From: the human T2T-CHM13v2.0 reference genome, Homo sapiens
NCBI RefSeq assembly: GCF_009914755.1
Contig: NC_060930.1
Length of the DNA stretch: 64,000 bases
Direction: 5' to 3' (one strand)
Both the position numbers and the translations under genes were made by a program. The notes under the pieces were generated by a model that searched no databases, had not been told where the DNA came from, and saw only the letters and a list, made by a program, of their open reading frames with translations. Below, piece after piece: positions 1-11,600 of the stretch (position 1 is the first letter of the stretch; every line of letters starts with the position of its first letter).

Positions 1-635
1 GTTCTCAGAAAGTGCTTAGTGTCGTGTGCGTTCAACTCACAGAGTTTAACGTTTCTTTTGATAGAGCGTTTCTGAAACACCCTTCTTGTAGTAGCTGCAA
101 GTGGATATTTGGACCTATTGGAGGCCTTCTTTGGAAATGGGATTTCTTCATGTAACTCTAGATTGAAGAATTCTCAGAAACTCCTTTGTGATGTGTGCAT
201 TCAATTCAAAGAGTGAAACCTCTCTTTTCACAGAGCAGTTTTGAAACACTGTTTTTGTAGGATTTCCAAGGGGATATTTATAGCGCATTGAGCCTACGGC
301 GGAAAAAGAAACATCTTCCTATAAAAACTAGACAGAATACTTCTCAGAATCTGCTTTGCGATGTGTGCGTTCAACTCACAGAGTAAAACTTTTCTTTTGA
401 TAGAGCAGTTTTGAAACACTCTTTTTGTAGTATTTGCATGTGTATATTTAGAGCGCATTGAAGCCCACAGTAGAAAAGGAAATAACTTCACCTAAAACCT
501 AGACAGAAGCAATCACAGAAACTACTTTGTGATGTGTACATTCAACTCACAGAGTGGAACTTTCCTCTTTATAGAGCAGTGTTGAAACACTCTTTTTGTA
601 GAAACTGCAAGTGGATATTTGGACCTCTTTGAGGC

Positions 636-652
636 CTTCGTTGGAAACGGGA
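636..652 (+). promoter_or_regulatory. CENP-B box (repeated in every HOR unit)
   Basis: CTTCGTTGGAAACGGGA, a perfect match to YTTCGTTGGAARCGGGA. Confidence 0.95.
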
Positions 653-1317
653 TTTCTTCCTATAACCCTAGACAGAAGAATTTTCAGAAACCTCATTGTG
701 ATGTGTGCGTTCATCTCACAGAGTGGAGTCTTCCGTTTGATAGAGAAGTTTTGAAACCCTGTTCTTGTAGGATTTCCAAGTGGATATTTAGACCACTTTG
801 AAGCCTATGATAGAAAAGGAAACATCTTCATGGAAAACATAGATAGAATCATCCTCAGAAACAACTTTGTGATGTGTGCGTTGAACTCACCGTCTTTAAC
901 CTTTCTTTTGGTAGAGAAGTTTTGAAACACTCTCTTTGTAAAGTCTACAAGTGGATATTTTGAGCCCTTGGAGGCATTCTTTGGAAAAGGGAATGTCTTC
1001 ACATAAAAGGCAGACGGAAGTGTTCTCAGAAACTGCTTTGTGATGTCTGTGTTCAACTCACAGAGTTTAACATTTCCTTTGATAGAGCGGTTTAGTAACC
1101 CTCTCTTTGTAGAATTTGGAAGTGTATACTAAGAGCGCTTTGAGGCCTATGGTAGAAAAGGAAATATCTTTCCATAAAAGCTAGACAGAAGCAATCTCAG
1201 AAACTCCTCTGTGATGTCTGCATTCAACTCACCGAGTGGAACATTCCTCTTGATAGAGCAGTTTGGAAACACTCTTTCTGTAGAATCAGCTTGTTTGTAT
1301 TTGGACCTCCTTGAGGC

Positions 1318-1334
1318 CTTCGTTGGAAACGGGT
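1318..1334 (+). promoter_or_regulatory. CENP-B box, core intact (repeated in every unit)
   Basis: CTTCGTTGGAAACGGGT; the essential core TTCG....A..CGGG is retained. Confidence 0.9.
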
Positions 1335-1657
1335 TTTCATCTTATAAACCCAGACAGAAGAATTCTCAGAGTCTTCTTTGTGATGTGTGCTTTCAACTCA
1401 CCGAGATAAAGATTTCTCTTGATAGAGCAATTTGGAAACACTCTTTTTGTAGAATTTGCAAGGGTACATTGAGAGCGCTTTCAGGCCTATGGTAGAAAAG
1501 GGAATATCTTTCCATAAAAGGTAGACAGAAGCAATCTCAGAAACTACTTTGTGATGTGTGCATTCAACTCACCGAGTGCAACGTTCCTCTTGACCGAGCA
1601 GTTTGGAAACATTGTTTCTGTAGAATCTGCAAGTGGATATTTGGACCTCTTTGAGGC

Positions 1658-1674
1658 CTTCGTTGGAAACGGGA
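1658..1674 (+). promoter_or_regulatory. CENP-B box (repeated in every unit)
   Basis: CTTCGTTGGAAACGGGA. Confidence 0.95.
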
Positions 1675-1997
1675 TTTCTTCCTATAAACCCAGACAGAAG
1701 AATTCTCAGAGACTTCTTTGTGATGTGTGAATTCAACTCACAGTGTGGATCCTTCCTTTTGATAGAGCAGTTTTGAAACCCTGTTTTTGTAGTATTTCCA
1801 AGCGGATATTTGGAACGCCTTGAAGCGTATGGTAGAAAAGGAAATATCTTCCCATAAAACCTAGACAGAACCAATCTCAGAAACGACTTTGTGATGTCTG
1901 CATTCAAGTCACAGAGTTGAACATTTCTCTTGATAGAGCAGTTTTGAAACCCTCTTTCTGAAGGATCTGCAAGTGGATATTTGGAACTCCTTTGGGT

Positions 1998-2014
1998 CTT
2001 CGTTGGAAACGGGA
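1998..2014 (+). promoter_or_regulatory. CENP-B box immediately upstream of the 15-mer deletion breakpoint
   Basis: CTTCGTTGGAAACGGGA. Confidence 0.95.
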
Positions 2015-2334
2015 TTTCTTCGTATAAATCTAGACAGAAGAATTCTCCGAAACTTCTTTGGTTGTGTGCATTCAAGTCACAGAGTGGAACCTTCCTTTGG
2101 ATAGAGCAGTTTGAAACGCCGTGGTTGTAGTATTTCCAAGCGGATATTAGAGCGCCTTGAGGCCTATGGTAGAAAAGGAAATATCTTCCCATAAAACCTA
2201 GACGGAAGCAATCTCAGAAACTACTGTGTGATGGCTGCATTCCACACACACGGTGGAACATTTCTCTTGATAGAGCAGTTTTGAAACACTCTTTCTGTAG
2301 AATCTGCAAGTGGATAATTGGACCGCCTTGAGGC

Positions 2335-2351
2335 CTTCGTTGGAAACGGGA
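2335..2351 (+). promoter_or_regulatory. CENP-B box (18-mer only)
   Basis: CTTCGTTGGAAACGGGA; lies inside the block missing from 15-mers. Confidence 0.95.
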
Positions 2352-2503
2352 TTTCTTCATGTTACTCTAGATAGAAGAATTCTCAAACACTGCTATGTGA
2401 TGTTTGCATTCAAGTCACAGAGTGCAACATTCCTCTTGGTAGAGCAGTTGGGAAACACTCCTTTTGTAGAATCTGCAATGGGATATTTGGACTTCTTTGA
2501 GGC

Positions 2504-2520
2504 CTTCGTTGGAAACGGGA
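2504..2520 (+). promoter_or_regulatory. CENP-B box (18-mer only; second of an adjacent B-B pair)
   Basis: CTTCGTTGGAAACGGGA, 169 bp after the previous box. Confidence 0.95.
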
Positions 2521-2843
2521 TTTCTTCGTATGAATCTAGACAGAAGAATTCTCAGAAACTTCCTTGTGATGTGTGCATTCAACTCAGCGAGTGGCACCTT
2601 CCTTTGGATACAGCAGTTTTGAAACACTGTTTTTGTAGTATTTCCAAGCGGATATTTAGAGCGCCTTGAAGCCTATGCTAGAAATGGAAATATCTCCCCA
2701 TAAAACCAAGACGGAAGCAATCTCAGAAACTAATGTGTGATGGCTGCATTCCACACACACGGTGGACCATTTCTCTTGATAGAGCAGTTTTGAAACACTC
2801 TTTCTGTAGAATCTGCAAGTGGATAATTGGACCTCCGAGAGGC

Positions 2844-2860
2844 CTTCGTTGGAAACGGGA
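2844..2860 (+). promoter_or_regulatory. CENP-B box (repeated in every full unit)
   Basis: CTTCGTTGGAAACGGGA. Confidence 0.95.
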
Positions 2861-3057
2861 TTTCTTCATCTAAACCTACAGAGAAGAATTCTCAGTAACT
2901 TCTTCGGATGTGTGCATTCGACGCACAGAATGGAACATTCCCTTTGATAGAGCAGTTTTGAGACACCGTTTTTGTAGAATTCCCAAGTGGATATTTAGAG
3001 CACTTTGAAGTCTCTGCTAGAAAAGGAAACATCTTCATGTAAAAAGTAGATAGAATC

Positions 3058-5608
3058 GTTCTCAGAAAGTGCTTAGTGACGTGTGCGTTCAACTCACAGA
3101 GTTTAACGTTTCTTTTGATAGAGCGTTTCTGAAACACCCTTCTTGTAGTAGCTGCAAGTGGATATTTGGACCTATTGGAGGCCTTCTTTGGAAATGGGAT
3201 TTCTTCATGTAACTCTAGATTGAAGAGTTCTCAGAAACTCCTTTGTGATGTGTGCATTCAATTCAAAGAGTGAAACCTCCCTTTTCACAGAGCAGTTTTG
3301 AAACACTGTTTTTGTAGGATTTCCAAGGGGATATTTATAGCGCATTGAGCCTACGGCGGAAAAAGAAACATCTTCCTATAAAAACTAGACAGAATACTTC
3401 TCAGAATCTGCTTTGCGATGTGTGCGTTCAACTCACAGAGTAAAACTTTTCTTTTGATAGAGCAGTTTTGAAACACTCTTTTTGTAGTATTTGCATGTGT
3501 ATATTTAGAGCGCATTGAAGCCCACAGTAGAAAAGGAAATAACTTCACCTAAAACCTAGACAGAAGCAATCTCAGAAACTACTTTGTGATGTGTACATTC
3601 AACTCACAGAGTGGAACTTTCCTCTTTATAGAGCAGTGTTGAAACACTCTTTTTGTAGAAACTGCAAGTGGATATTTGGACCTCTTTGAGGCCTTCGTTG
3701 GAAACGGGATTTCTTCCTATAACCCTAGACAGAAGAATTTTCAGAAACCTCATTGTGATGTGTGCGTTCATCTCACAGAGTGGAGTCTTCCGTTTGATAG
3801 AGAAGTTTTGAAACCCTGTTCTTGTAGGATTTCCAAGTGGATATTTAGACCACTTTGAAGCCTATGATAGAAAAGGAAACATCTTCATGGAAAACATAGA
3901 TAGAATCATCCTCAGAAACAACTTTGTGATGTGTGCGTTGAACTCACCGTCTTTAACCTTTCTTTTGGTAGAGAAGTTTTGAAACACTCTCTTTGTAAAG
4001 TCTACAAGTGGATATTTTGAGCCCTTGGAGGCATTCTTTGGAAAAGGGAATGTCTTCACATAAAAGGCAGACGGAAGTGTTCTCAGAAACTGCTTTGTGA
4101 TGTCTGTGTTCAACTCACAGAGTTTAACATTTCCTTTGATAGAGCGGTTTAGTAACCCTCTCTTTGTAGAATTTGGAAGTGTATACTAAGAGCGCTTTGA
4201 GGCCTATGGTAGAAAAGGAAATATCTTTCCATAAAAGCTAGACAGAAGCAATCTCAGAAACTCCTTTGTGATGTCTGCATTCAACTCACCGAGTGGAACA
4301 TTCCTCTTGAGAGAGCAGTTTGGAAACACTCTTTCTGTAGAATCAGCTTGTTTGTATTTGGACCTCCTTGAGGCCTTCGTTGGAAACGGGTTTTCATCTT
4401 ATAAACCCAGACAGAAGAATTCTCAGAGTCTTCTTTGTGATGTGTGCTTTCAACTCACCGAGATAAAGATTTCTCTTGATAGAGCAATTTGGAAACACTC
4501 TTTTTGTAGAATTTGCAAGGGTACATTGAGAGCGCTTTCAGGCCTATGGTAGAAAAGGGAATATCTTTCCATAAAAGGTAGACAGAAGCAATCTCAGAAA
4601 CTACTTTGTGATGTGTGCATTCAACTCACCGAGTGCAACGTTCCTCTTGACCGAGCAGTTTGGAAACATTGTTTCTGTAGAATCTGCAAGTGGATATTTG
4701 GACCTCTTTGAGGCCTTCGTTGGAAACGGGATTTCTTCCTATAAACCCAGACAGAAGAATTCTCAGAGACTTCTTTGTGATGTGTGAATTCAACTCACAG
4801 TGTGGATCCTTCCTTTTGATAGAGCAGTTTTGAAACCCTGTTTTTGTAGTATTTCCAAGCGGATATTTGGAACGCCTTGAAGCGTATGGTAGAAAAGGAA
4901 ATATCTTCCCATAAAACCTAGACAGAACCAATCTCAGAAACGACTTTGTGATGTCTGCATTCAAGTCACAGAGTTGAACATTTCTCTTGATAGAGCAGTT
5001 TTGAAACCCTCTTTCTGAAGGATCTGCAAGTGGATATTTGGAACTCCTTTGGGTCTTCGTTGGAAACGGGATTTCTTCGTATAAATCTAGACAGAAGAAT
5101 TCTCAGAAACTTCCTTGTGATGTGTGCATTCAACTCAGCGAGTGGCACCTTCCTTTGGATACAGCAGTTTTGAAACACTGTTTTTGTAGTATTTCCAAGC
5201 GGATATTTAGAGCGCCTTGAAGCCTATGCTAGAAATGGAAATATCTCCCCATAAAACCAAGACAGAAGCAATCTCAGAAACTAATGTGTGATGGCTGCAT
5301 TCCACACACACGGTGGACCATTTCTCTTGATAGAGCAGTTTTGAAACACTCTTTCTGTAGAATCTGCAAGTGGATAATTGGACCTCCTAGAGGCCTTCGT
5401 TGGAAACGGGATTTCTTCATCTAAACCTACAGAGAAGTATTCTCAGTAACTTCTTCGGATGTGTGCATTCGACGCACAGAATGGAACATTCCCTTTGATA
5501 GAGCAGTTTTGAGACACCGTTTTTGTAGAATTCCCAAGTGGATATTTAGAGCACTTTGAAGTCTCTGCTAGAAAAGGAAACATCTTCATGTAAAAAGTAG
5601 ATAGAATC
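3058..5608 (+). repeat. HOR unit 2, 15-mer variant (2551 bp)
   Basis: Lacks the 506-bp block equivalent to 2048-2553 of unit 1. Confidence 0.97.
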
Positions 5609-8600
5609 GTTCTCAGAAAGTGCTTAGTGTCGTGTGCGTTCAACTCACAGAGTTTAACGTTTCTTTTGATAGAGCGTTTCTGAAACACCCTTCTTGTAGT
5701 AGCTGCAAGTGGATATTTGGACCTATTGGAGGCCTTCTTTGGAAATGGGATTTCTTCATGTAACTCTAGATTGAAGAATTCTCAGAAACTCCTTTGTGAT
5801 GTGTGCATTCAATTCAAAGAGTGAAACCTCCCTTTTCACAGAGCAGTTTTGAAACACTGTTTTTGTAGGATTTCCAAGGGGATATTTATAGCGCATTGAG
5901 CCTACGGCGGAAAAAGAAACATCTTCCTATAAAAACTAGACAGAATACTTCTCAGAATCTGCTTTGCGATGTGTGCGTTCAACTCACAGAGTAAAACTTT
6001 TCTTTTGATAGAGCAGTTTTGAAACACTCTTTTTGTAGTATTTGCATGTGTATATTTAGAGCGCATTGAAGCCCACAGTAGAAAAGGAAATAACTTCACC
6101 TAAAACCTAGACAGAAGCAATCACAGAAACTACTTTGTGATGTGTACATTCAACTCACAGAGTGGAACTTTCCTCTTTATAGAGCAGTGTTGAAACACTC
6201 TTTTTGTAGAAACTGCAAGTGGATATTTGGACCTCTTTGAGGCCTTCGTTGGAAACGGGATTTCTTCCTATAACCCTAGACAGAAGAATTTTCAGAAACC
6301 TCATTGTGATGTGTGCGTTCATCTCACAGAGTGGAGTCTTCCGTTTGATAGAGAAGTTTTGAAACCCTGTTCTTGTAGGATTTCCAAGTGGATATTTAGA
6401 CCACTTTGAAGCCTATGATAGAAAAGGAAACATCTTCATGGAAAACATAGATAGAATCATCCTCAGAAACAACTTTGTGATGTGTGCGTTGAACTCACCG
6501 TCTTTAACCTTTCTTTTGGTAGAGAAGTTTTGAAACACTCTCTTTGTAAAGTCTACAAGTGGATATTTTGAGCCCTTGGAGGCATTCTTTGGAAAAGGGA
6601 ATGTCTTCACATAAAAGGCAGACGGAAGTGTTCTCAGAAACTGCTTTGTGATGTCTGTGTTCAACTCACAGAGTTTAACATTTCCTTTGATAGAGCGGTT
6701 TAGTAACCCTCTCTTTGTAGAATTTGGAAGTGTATACTAAGAGCGCTTTGAGGCCTATGGTAGAAAAGGAAATATCTTTCCATAAAAGCTAGACAGAAGC
6801 AATCTCAGAAACTCCTTTGCGATGTCTGCATTCAACTCACCGAGTGGAACATTCCTCTTGAGAGAGCAGTTTGGAAACACTCTTTCTGTAGAATCAGCTT
6901 GTTTGTATTTGGACCTCCTTGAGGCCTTCGTTGGAAACGGGTTTTCATCTTATAAACCCAGACAGAAGAATTCTCAGAGTCTTCTTTGTGATGTGTGCTT
7001 TCAACTCACCGAGATAAAGATTTCTCTTGATAGAGCAATTTGGAAACACTCTTTTTGTAGAATTTGCAAGGGTACATTGAGAGCGCTTTCAGGCCTATGG
7101 TAGAAAAGGGAATATCTTTCCATAAAAGGTAGACAGAAGCAATCTCAGAAACTACTTTGTGATGTGTGCATTCAACTCACCGAGTGCAACGTTCCTCTTG
7201 ACCGAGCAGTTTGGAAACATTGTTTCTGTAGAATCTGCAAGTGGATATTTGGACCTCTTTGAGGCCTTCGTTGGAAACGGGATTTCTTCCTATAAACCCA
7301 GACAGAAGAATTCTCAGAGACTTCTTTGTGATGTGTGAATTCAACTCACAGTGTGGATCCTTCCTTTTGATAGAGCAGTTTTGAAACCCTGTTTTTGTAG
7401 TATTTCCAAGCGGATATTCGGAACGCCTTGAAGCGTATGGTAGAAAAGGAAATATCTTCCCATAAAACCTAGACAGAACCAATCTCAGAAACGACTTTGT
7501 GATGTCTGCATTCAACTCACAGAGTTGAACATTTCTCTTGATAGAGCAGTTTTGAAACCCTCTTTCTGAAGGATCTGCAAGTGGATATTTGGAACTCCTT
7601 TGGGTCTTCGTTGGAAACGGGATTTCTTCGTATAAATCTAGACAGAAGAATTCTCCGAAACTTCTTTGGTTGTGTGCATTCAAGTCACAGAGTGGAACCT
7701 TCCTTTGGATAGAGCAGTTTGAAACGCCGTGGTTGTAGTATTTCCAAGCGGATATTAGAGCGCCTTGAGGCCTATGGTAGAAAAGGAAATATCTTCCCAT
7801 AAAACCTAGACGGAAGCAATCTCAGAAACTACTGTGTGATGGCTGCATTCCACACACACGGTGGAACATTTCTCTTGATAGAGCAGTTTTGAAACACTCT
7901 TTCTGTAGAATCTGCAAGTGGATAATTGGACCGCCTTGAGGCCTTCGTTGGAAACGGGATTTCTTCATGTTACTCTAGATAGAAGAATTCTCAAACACTG
8001 CTATGTGATGTTTGCATTCAAGTCACAGAGTGCAACATTCCTCTTGGTAGAGCAGTTGGGAAACACTCCTTTTGTAGAATCTGCAATGGGATATTTGGAC
8101 TTCTTTGAGGCCTTCGTTGGAAACGGGATTTCTTCGTATGAATCTAGACAGAAGAATTCTCAGAAACTTCCTTGTGATGTGTGCATTCAACTCAGCGAGT
8201 GGCACCTTCCTTTGGATACAGCAGTTTTGAAACACTGTTTTTGTAGTATTTCCAAGCGGATATTTAGAGCGCCTTGAAGCCTATGCTAGAAATGGAAATA
8301 TCTCCCCATAAAACCAAGACAGAAGCAATCTCAGAAACTAATGTGTGATGGCTGCATTCCACACACACGGTGGACCATTTCTCTTGATAGAGCAGTTTTG
8401 AAACACTCTTTCTGTAGAATCTGCAAGTGGATAATTGGACCTCCTAGAGGCCTTCGTTGGAAACGGGATTTCTTCATCTAAACCTACAGAGAAGAATTCT
8501 CAGTAACTTCTTCGGATGTGTGCATTCGACGCACAGAATGGAACATTCCCTTTGATAGAGCAGTTTTGAGACACCGTTTTTGTAGAATTCCCAAGTGGAT

Positions 8601-11600
8601 ATTTAGAGCACTTTGAAGTCTCTGCTAGAAAAGGAAACATCTTCATGTAAAAAGTAGATAGAATCGTTCTCAGAAAGTGCTTAGTGACGTGTGCGTTCAA
8701 CTCACAGAGTTTAACGTTTCTTTTGATAGAGCGTTTCTGAAACACCCTTCTTGTAGTAGCTGCAAGTGGATATTTGGACCTATTGGAGGCCTTCTTTGGA
8801 AATGGGATTTCTTCATGTAACTCTAGATTGAAGAGTTCTCAGAAACTCCTTTGTGATGTGTGCATTCAATTCAAAGAGTGAAACCTCCCTTTTCACAGAG
8901 CAGTTTTGAAACACTGTTTTTGTAGGATTTCCAAGGGGATATTTATAGCGCATTGAGCCTACGGCGGAAAAAGAAACATCTTCCTATAAAAACTAGACAG
9001 AATACTTCTCAGAATCTGCTTTGCGATGTGTGCGTTCAACTCACAGAGTAAAACTTTTCTTTTGATAGAGCAGTTTTGAAACACTCTTTTTGTAGTATTT
9101 GCATGTGTATATTTAGAGCGCATTGAAGCCCACAGTAGAAAAGGAAATAACTTCACCTAAAACCTAGACAGAAGCAATCTCAGAAACTACTTTGTGATGT
9201 GTACATTCAACTCACAGAGTGGAACTTTCCTCTTTATAGAGCAGTGTTGAAACACTCTTTTTGTAGAAACTGCAAGTGGATATTTGGACCTCTTTGAGGC
9301 CTTCGTTGGAAACGGGATTTCTTCCTATAACCCTAGACAGAAGAATTTTCAGAAACCTCATTGTGATGTGTGCGTTCATCTCACAGAGTGGAGTCTTCCG
9401 TTTGATAGAGAAGTTTTGAAACCCTGTTCTTGTAGGATTTCCAAGTGGATATTTAGACCACTTTGAAGCCTATGATAGAAAAGGAAACATCTTCATGGAA
9501 AACATAGATAGAATCATCCTCAGAAACAACTTTGTGATGTGTGCGTTGAACTCACCGTCTTTAACCTTTCTTTTGGTAGAGAAGTTTTGAAACACTCTCT
9601 TTGTAAAGTCTACAAGTGGATATTTTGAGCCCTTGGAGGCATTCTTTGGAAAAGGGAATGTCTTCACATAAAAGGCAGACGGAAGTGTTCTCAGAAACTG
9701 CTTTGTGATGTCTGTGTTCAACTCACAGAGTTTAACATTTCCTTTGATAGAGCGGTTTAGTAACCCTCTCTTTGTAGAATTTGGAAGTGTATACTAAGAG
9801 CGCTTTGAGGCCTATGGTAGAAAAGGAAATATCTTTCCATAAAAGCTAGACAGAAGCAATCTCAGAAACTCCTTTGTGATGTCTGCATTCAACTCACCGA
9901 GTGGAACATTCCTCTTGAGAGAGCAGTTTGGAAACACTCTTTCTGTAGAATCAGCTTGTTTGTATTTGGACCTCCTTGAGGCCTTCGTTGGAAACGGGTT
10001 TTCATCTTATAAACCCAGACAGAAGAATTCTCAGAGTCTTCTTTGTGATGTGTGCTTTCAACTCACCGAGATAAAGATTTCTCTTGATAGAGCAATTTGG
10101 AAACACTCTTTTTGTAGAATTTGCAAGGGTACATTGAGAGCGCTTTCAGGCCTATGGTAGAAAAGGGAATATCTTTCCATAAAAGGTAGACAGAAGCAAT
10201 CTCAGAAACTACTTTGTGATGTGTGCATTCAACTCACCGAGTGCAACGTTCCTCTTGACCGAGCAGTTTGGAAACATTGTTTCTGTAGAATCTGCAAGTG
10301 GATATTTGGACCTCTTTGAGGCCTTCGTTGGAAACGGGATTTCTTCCTATAAACCCAGACAGAAGAATTCTCAGAGACTTCTTTGTGATGTGTGAATTCA
10401 ACTCACAGTGTGGATCCTTCCTTTTGATAGAGCAGTTTTGAAACCCTGTTTTTGTAGTATTTCCAAGCGGATATTTGGAACGCCTTGAAGCGTATGGTAG
10501 AAAAGGAAATATCTTCCCATAAAACCTAGACAGAACCAATCTCAGAAACGACTTTGTGATGTCTGCATTCAAGTCACAGAGTTGAACATTTCTCTTGATA
10601 GAGCAGTTTTGAAACCCTCTTTCTGAAGGATCTGCAAGTGGATATTTGGAACTCCTTTGGGTCTTCGTTGGAAACGGGATTTCTTCGTATAAATCTAGAC
10701 AGAAGAATTCTCCGAAACTTCTTTGGTTGTGTGCATTCAAGTCACAGAGTGGAACCTTCCTTTGGATAGAGCAGTTTGAAACGCCGTGGTTGTAGTATTT
10801 CCAAGCGGATATTAGAGCGCCTTGAGGCCTATGGTAGAAAAGGAAATATCTTCCCATAAAACCTAGACGGAAGCAATCTCAGAAACTACTGTGTGATGGC
10901 TGCATTCCACACACACGGTGGAACATTTCTCTTGATAGAGCAGTTTTGAAACACTCTTTCTGTAGAATCTGCAAGTGGATAATTGGACCGCCTTGAGGCC
11001 TTCGTTGGAAACGGGATTTCTTCATGTTACTCTAGATAGAAGAATTCTCAAACACTGCTATGTGATGTTTGCATTCAAGTCACAGAGTGCAACATTCCTC
11101 TTGGTAGAGCAGTTGGGAAACACTCCTTTCGTAGAATCTGCAATGGGATATTTGGACTTCTTTGAGGCCTTCGTTGGAAACGGGATTTCTTCGTATGAAT
11201 CTAGACAGAAGAATTCTCAGAAACTTCCTTGTGATGTGTGCATTCAACTCAGCGAGTGGCACCTTCCTTTGGATACAGCAGTTTTGAAACACTGTTTTTG
11301 TAGTATTTCCAAGCGGATATTTAGAGCGCCTTGAAGCCTATGCTAGAAATGGAAATATCTCCCCATAAAACCAAGACAGAAGCAATCTCAGAAACTAATG
11401 TGTGATGGCTGCATTCCACACACACGGTGGCCCATTTCTCTTGATAGAGCAGTTTTGAAACACTCTTTCTGTAGAATCTGCAAGTGGATAATTGGACCTC
11501 CTAGAGGCCTTCGTTGGAAACGGGATTTCTTCATCTAAACCTACAGAGAAGAATTCTCAGTAACTTCTTCGGATGTGTGCATTCGACGCACAGAATGGAA

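Larger units (their letters stand above)
1..3057 (+). repeat. HOR unit 1, 18-mer (3057 bp); phase arbitrarily set at window start
   Basis: GTTCTCAGAAAGTGCTTAGTG recurs at 3058. 18 box regions counted: 9 A-type and 9 B-type, of which 7 have an intact CENP-B core. Confidence 0.97.

Noticed and set aside
2243-2251. Short (CA)n run CACACACAC
   Set aside because: Too short to be a microsatellite and invariant between units; simply a monomer-specific variant.
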